Shown: piece by piece, positions 37,230 through 40,736 of the stretch
Layout: each line of letters opens with the position of its first letter
How positions within the stretch are numbered: position 1 is the stretch's first letter
From: Octopus bimaculoides
Lineage: Eukaryota
Assembly: GCF_001194135.2 (NCBI RefSeq)
Contig: NC_068990.1
Coordinates: 10,961,587 to 11,002,322 of the forward strand
DNA length: 40,736 nucleotides
Direction of reading: 5' to 3'
Notes under the pieces: model-generated
What the model was told of the DNA's origin: nothing
Database searches by the model: none
The model's input: the letters and a program-made list of their open reading frames with translations, nothing else
Translations under genes and position numbers: made by a program

Positions 37230-37919
37230 GTATGCGCATAAATAGGCAGAAACGCGTGTACGTAGGTCAATGCGTGTATAAATATGTATGAGTGTTTGTG
37301 CCGGCTCATGTTTCCGCGTCGTTTACGCAGTTTAAATATACGGAAGCCAATTTTGCTTTTTGTCAAATCAAGAAAATTTTATCTTCTCATAATATTTCTT
37401 CCTAGACAGGCAATAATTATCCAAACAGGTTGGAAAACTGAAATCTCAAGGACACAGACAAAAGCCCAAAGCGGAGACCCGCCAGAGTCAACCGTCTAGC
37501 TCGATTATCTGCATTCAATGCCTTATAACACATGAGGCAATGATGAGCAGGAGCGTCGTTTCCTCCTCTGTTAAAGATAATTGTCAAATTCTATAGTTCT
37601 TACGAATTAAATACTATTATCTTGAAGAAAGCCAGCAAACAATGGATAATGTAATCCCCGATGCACCGCTGGCAGAAAATATAACGGAGTGGCCATGACT
37701 ATTACGTCTTGTTCATGAATATGCTTTATCTGGGCTGATCAAAAGATACACAACAACAGCAAAAACTACTACCTCATATTTAGATTTAACAAATATTAAA
37801 CAGAGATTGGGAAAGTTTGAATGCATAACTATATGAAAGGAAGAGATTAAAATAATGAGAAAGCAAAAGCCGGAGAAAGTACACAAAATTGATATATGAC
37901 ATATATATGATTCTCTCTT

Positions 37920-37950
<31 letters not shown>

Positions 37951-37954
<4 letters not shown>

Positions 37955-38211
37955 AGAACGGAGCAACAAATACAAGAAGCAATTCTGTTGGGCTAGTTAG
38001 CCGTTGTTTTATTGTGTGGAGGTTATGTAATGAGTCATTGTGGAGGTTGAGGTTTTGTAGTGAGTCATTGTGAATGTTATGTAATAGTCATTTACGTACG
38101 TTTCAATCTAGACAATGGTTTGGCAGATTTCATCAGAATGTTGAGGAGTATGTTAAGAGTTCGTGGTGCGAGAGATGTATGAGAAGTGATTGGTGGTGTA
38201 ATAATAGCGAT

Positions 38212-38214
<3 letters not shown>
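37951..38214 (-). mobile_element. 264-nt hammerhead-containing unit between two (TA)n tracts (solo PLE pseudo-LTR or retrozyme-like)
   Basis: Bounded by (TA)n 37924-37950 and (TA)33 38215-38280; contains the motif at 38089-38140 and a minus-strand AATAAA at 38013-38008. The element class is inferred. Confidence 0.5.
38089..38140 (-). ncRNA. Minimal type-I hammerhead ribozyme motif, apparently intact
   Basis: Minus strand CATT-CTGATGA-AATCT-15 nt-AGATT-GAAA-CGTACG-TA-AATG: stem I CATT/AATG, stem II AATCT/AGATT, C-G pair closing stem III, GUA cleavage triplet, self-complementary ACGTACGT. Confidence 0.8.
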
Positions 38215-38280
<66 letters not shown>

Positions 38281-38281
<1 letters not shown>

Positions 38282-38564
38282 CTCGACTCCATCAGTCATG
38301 AGTGACCATGGGTTCACCTACGAGGTTGACCTTCGGGGTACCGGTCTGGGCGGTAAGAAGCCTCGCCGACGAATGCATAACCCTAGGGTTGTTTTATAGT
38401 AGGCCAGTTACAGCTTAGCATCAGTAACGTCGCAACTGAGTGAACTGGAGCAACGTGAAATAAAGAGTATTGCTCAAGAACACAATATGCAGCCCGGTCC
38501 AGGAATCGAACTCACGATCTCAGGATTCTAAGCTCAACGATCTAACCAATGAGCCATGCGCCTT
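38281..38564 (-). mobile_element. SINE family B copy
   Basis: Minus strand GGCGCATGGCTCATTGGTTAGA...GAGTTCGATTCC, then the same core as 19490-19545. Confidence 0.88.
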
Positions 38565-38602
38565 TACACACACACACACACACACATACATACATACATA
38601 CA

Positions 38603-38638
<36 letters not shown>

Positions 38639-38859
38639 CATATATAAAGACAGGAAAAGGAAAACTTAAACACACATTTGGACATGGCACACGCAATGCA
38701 TTAATAAGACGCTTAGAGAACGGAAAGAGTAGACGTTTTATGTTTCAAGTCGAAGGCGAAGGAGGAAAAATTCGCCAACAATCACATGGGGTTACATTTT
38801 TGAAGTAAGTGACCGGAAGTAGGAATGAAGAGAAAATGCTTTCTGGAACACGAGAGTGC

Positions 38860-39790
38860 GAAAACGGTCAGAAACTGCGTGTGGGTGCGCTAGCGTGTGT
38901 GTGCAACGTGTGGTATGTGTGGTAGCGTGTGTATGTTGCAGCAGCTCCGTGTGTGTGAGTTTGTGCGTGATAGCATGTGTGCGTGTGGTTGTAACTGTGT
39001 GTGGTGCGGATGCGTGTGGTAGCGTGTGATAGTGTGTGTGCATGGTATTAACTGTGTGTGTGCGTTTTTTTGTTTGTGTGCATAGTCTGTGCGTGTGTGT
39101 ATGGTACGATTTGTGTGCGTGTTAATGTCGCCCTGAGAAATCAGTAGCTATCGTGACAGGTGTGTGAATGGGTGGGTCTGGTAGTTCGTGTGTGCGCATA
39201 GATCGAAGGGTCAGTAGCGGGTCAGAGGTAATCAGAGGAGAGTGTGAGAATGGGTGAGTGTGGTGGTAGAGAGGTGAGAGCAAGTATGCGTGGGTGCGTT
39301 GGTGTACACATTAATGTGGGTATTACGTGCGCGGGCTTGTTCGTGTTTGTGTGTGTGTCTGTGCGCGCCCCTCTATGTGTACGAGCGAATGTATGTGTGA
39401 TGTGTGGTATAGGAATAGAAAAAAATAAGAAATTATACAAATAGATTGTGAAAAATAAAAATAATACAAATAATACGTAATAAAATTAACAAATAAATAA
39501 TGAAAAATAAAAATTAGTAATAGTAAAAAATTAAAAGGATTAAGTGAATCCGGTAACTGAAATAGGATAAGTTACAGAAGGAAATAAAAATTATTTAAAA
39601 AATTATTATTTTAATATAAATATAAAAAAAATTATTAAAAAAACATTTTTTACTCATTAAATTATTAAAAAATTATTTTAAAATTATCAAAAATAATAAA
39701 AAAAGGAACGCAAAATTAATAATAAAAAATAAACAAAAATAAGTAGTTAAAAATGAATGTAAAACGGGGATGAAAAGAGTTGAGTAAAAT
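38860..39790. repeat. Low-complexity region: cryptic TG-rich tract (38860-39400) and A-rich tract (39420-39790)
   Basis: Direct reading; lies immediately 3' (minus sense) of the PLE endonuclease and may be its 3' UTR. Confidence 0.75.
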
Positions 39791-39799
39791 GAATTTTTT

Positions 39800-40560
39800 T
39801 TAAAAAGGTGTGTGAGGAAAGTCTCTGAAACGAGAGGGTTGTGTTCTGTCCAAAAGAAGAAGTTTGTGTACGTAGAGTGAACATGTAACGCAGTTACAGG
39901 TGGATTCTAGAATTGGTGGACCCATGGTGTAGGGCAAGGCTGAAGACGGTGATATCTGAAGTAGAGTGGTCAGTCAAGCAAAAATGATGGAAGACGTGGG
40001 TGTTCTTACGAAGAAGAACGTCTCGTGTATTTTCAGGGAACCGGTCGGCTAGACGGCGGCCCGTCTGACCAACGTAAAGCTTATTGAAAAGATTGCACCG
40101 TATGCAGTAAATGAGGCTTGAAGAAGTGCAGGGAAACGAGTTCTTAATGTTGGTGTGCTGGTTGGATACAGTGAGGGAGATGGTGTGTGTAATGAAAGGG
40201 CAGGTGTGGCAACGGGGTCTGGAGCAGAGAAAGGCTCCGAGTTGTGTTAGAATGGATGTAGGAGGGAGCTACGGACCAGGAGGTCGCCTAGGTTACGGGC
40301 GGTTTTGAAAGAGAGCAATGGTAGGTTGGGAGAAATAGGGAGAGTGGTGGGATCTAGTTACAGGCAACGGAAGGCCCGTAAGATCGTCCAATAAAAAGGC
40401 AGAGTAGAGTGGTAGAAAAGGAATGGAAAGGGGTTGCAGTTGGCAGATCGGTGTTGGGAAGGAGACAGGGCGCTATTGTGATCGCTTTGACGAAGTTTCA
40501 TTTGTCGTTGAATGCTCAAAATGAGGAGTAGACAGCCGACAACTGATGTAAGAACGTTCT
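39800..40560 (-). mobile_element. Neptune-like Penelope element 3' fragment: linker and GIY-YIG endonuclease
   Basis: Minus translation PFLFYHS...ILRAFRCL*LDP...PLLSFKTARNLGDLLVRSSL [frameshift] GAFLCSRPRCHTCPF...FPCTSSSLIYCIRC (IYC 40112-40104) ...LYVGQTGRRLADRF (YVG 40076-40068) ...HF; stop at 39896-39894. The Cys-rich linker is Neptune-type. Confidence 0.9.
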
Positions 40561-40665
40561 TTGTATTACGTGTCCAGTTTACCATTTTATTTTCTCGCTT
40601 TTTGCATATATAACTCGTTTGTTTTCGTACTTCATGTTGTTTACATTTGGTGACGCTCTGTACAC

Positions 40666-40668
<3 letters not shown>

Positions 40669-40711
<43 letters not shown>

Positions 40712-40736
40712 ATATCTATCTATATATATATATATA
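40669..40736. repeat. (TATC)n/(TA)n microsatellite
   Basis: Direct reading. Confidence 0.97.

Noticed and set aside
38690-38790. Possible decayed hammerhead or pseudo-LTR (minus TTGGCGA...GAAACATA) ending the Neptune-like element
   Set aside because: Core has two substitutions and stems I and II cannot be drawn; needs a family consensus.

Overview
AT-rich, repeat-dense eukaryotic DNA from a draft assembly with 10 N-gaps, most flanked by (TA)n or (TATC)n. I found no host protein-coding exon, tRNA, rRNA or CRISPR array that I can support; most ORFs in the supplied track are microsatellite or N-gap read-through. The tRNA-derived SINE families match, from my recollection and not from a search, those abundant in octopus genomes, so a cephalopod intergenic or intronic region is inferred. 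Recognisable content: three decayed mariner transposase relics from different lineages, a Tc1/mariner-type MITE, a CR1/L2-group LINE 3' end, an R4/Dong-like RLE retrotransposon 3' end with a (TAA)27 tail, two different Penelope-like elements (PLEs) on opposite strands, about 13 SINE copies from three families, a 32-bp minisatellite and two local duplications. The most notable signals are (i) minimal type-I hammerhead ribozyme motifs: one apparently intact (38089-38140, minus) inside a 264-nt unit embedded in a (TA)n tract, one at the 3' end of a PLE (32504-32589), one partly decayed (9832-9885) and one doubtful (9115-9164); and (ii) a 3' tail shared between the CR1/L2-group LINE and the commonest SINE, suggesting a LINE-SINE partner pair. 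Both phenomena have precedents in other animals; whether these particular elements are described could not be checked.
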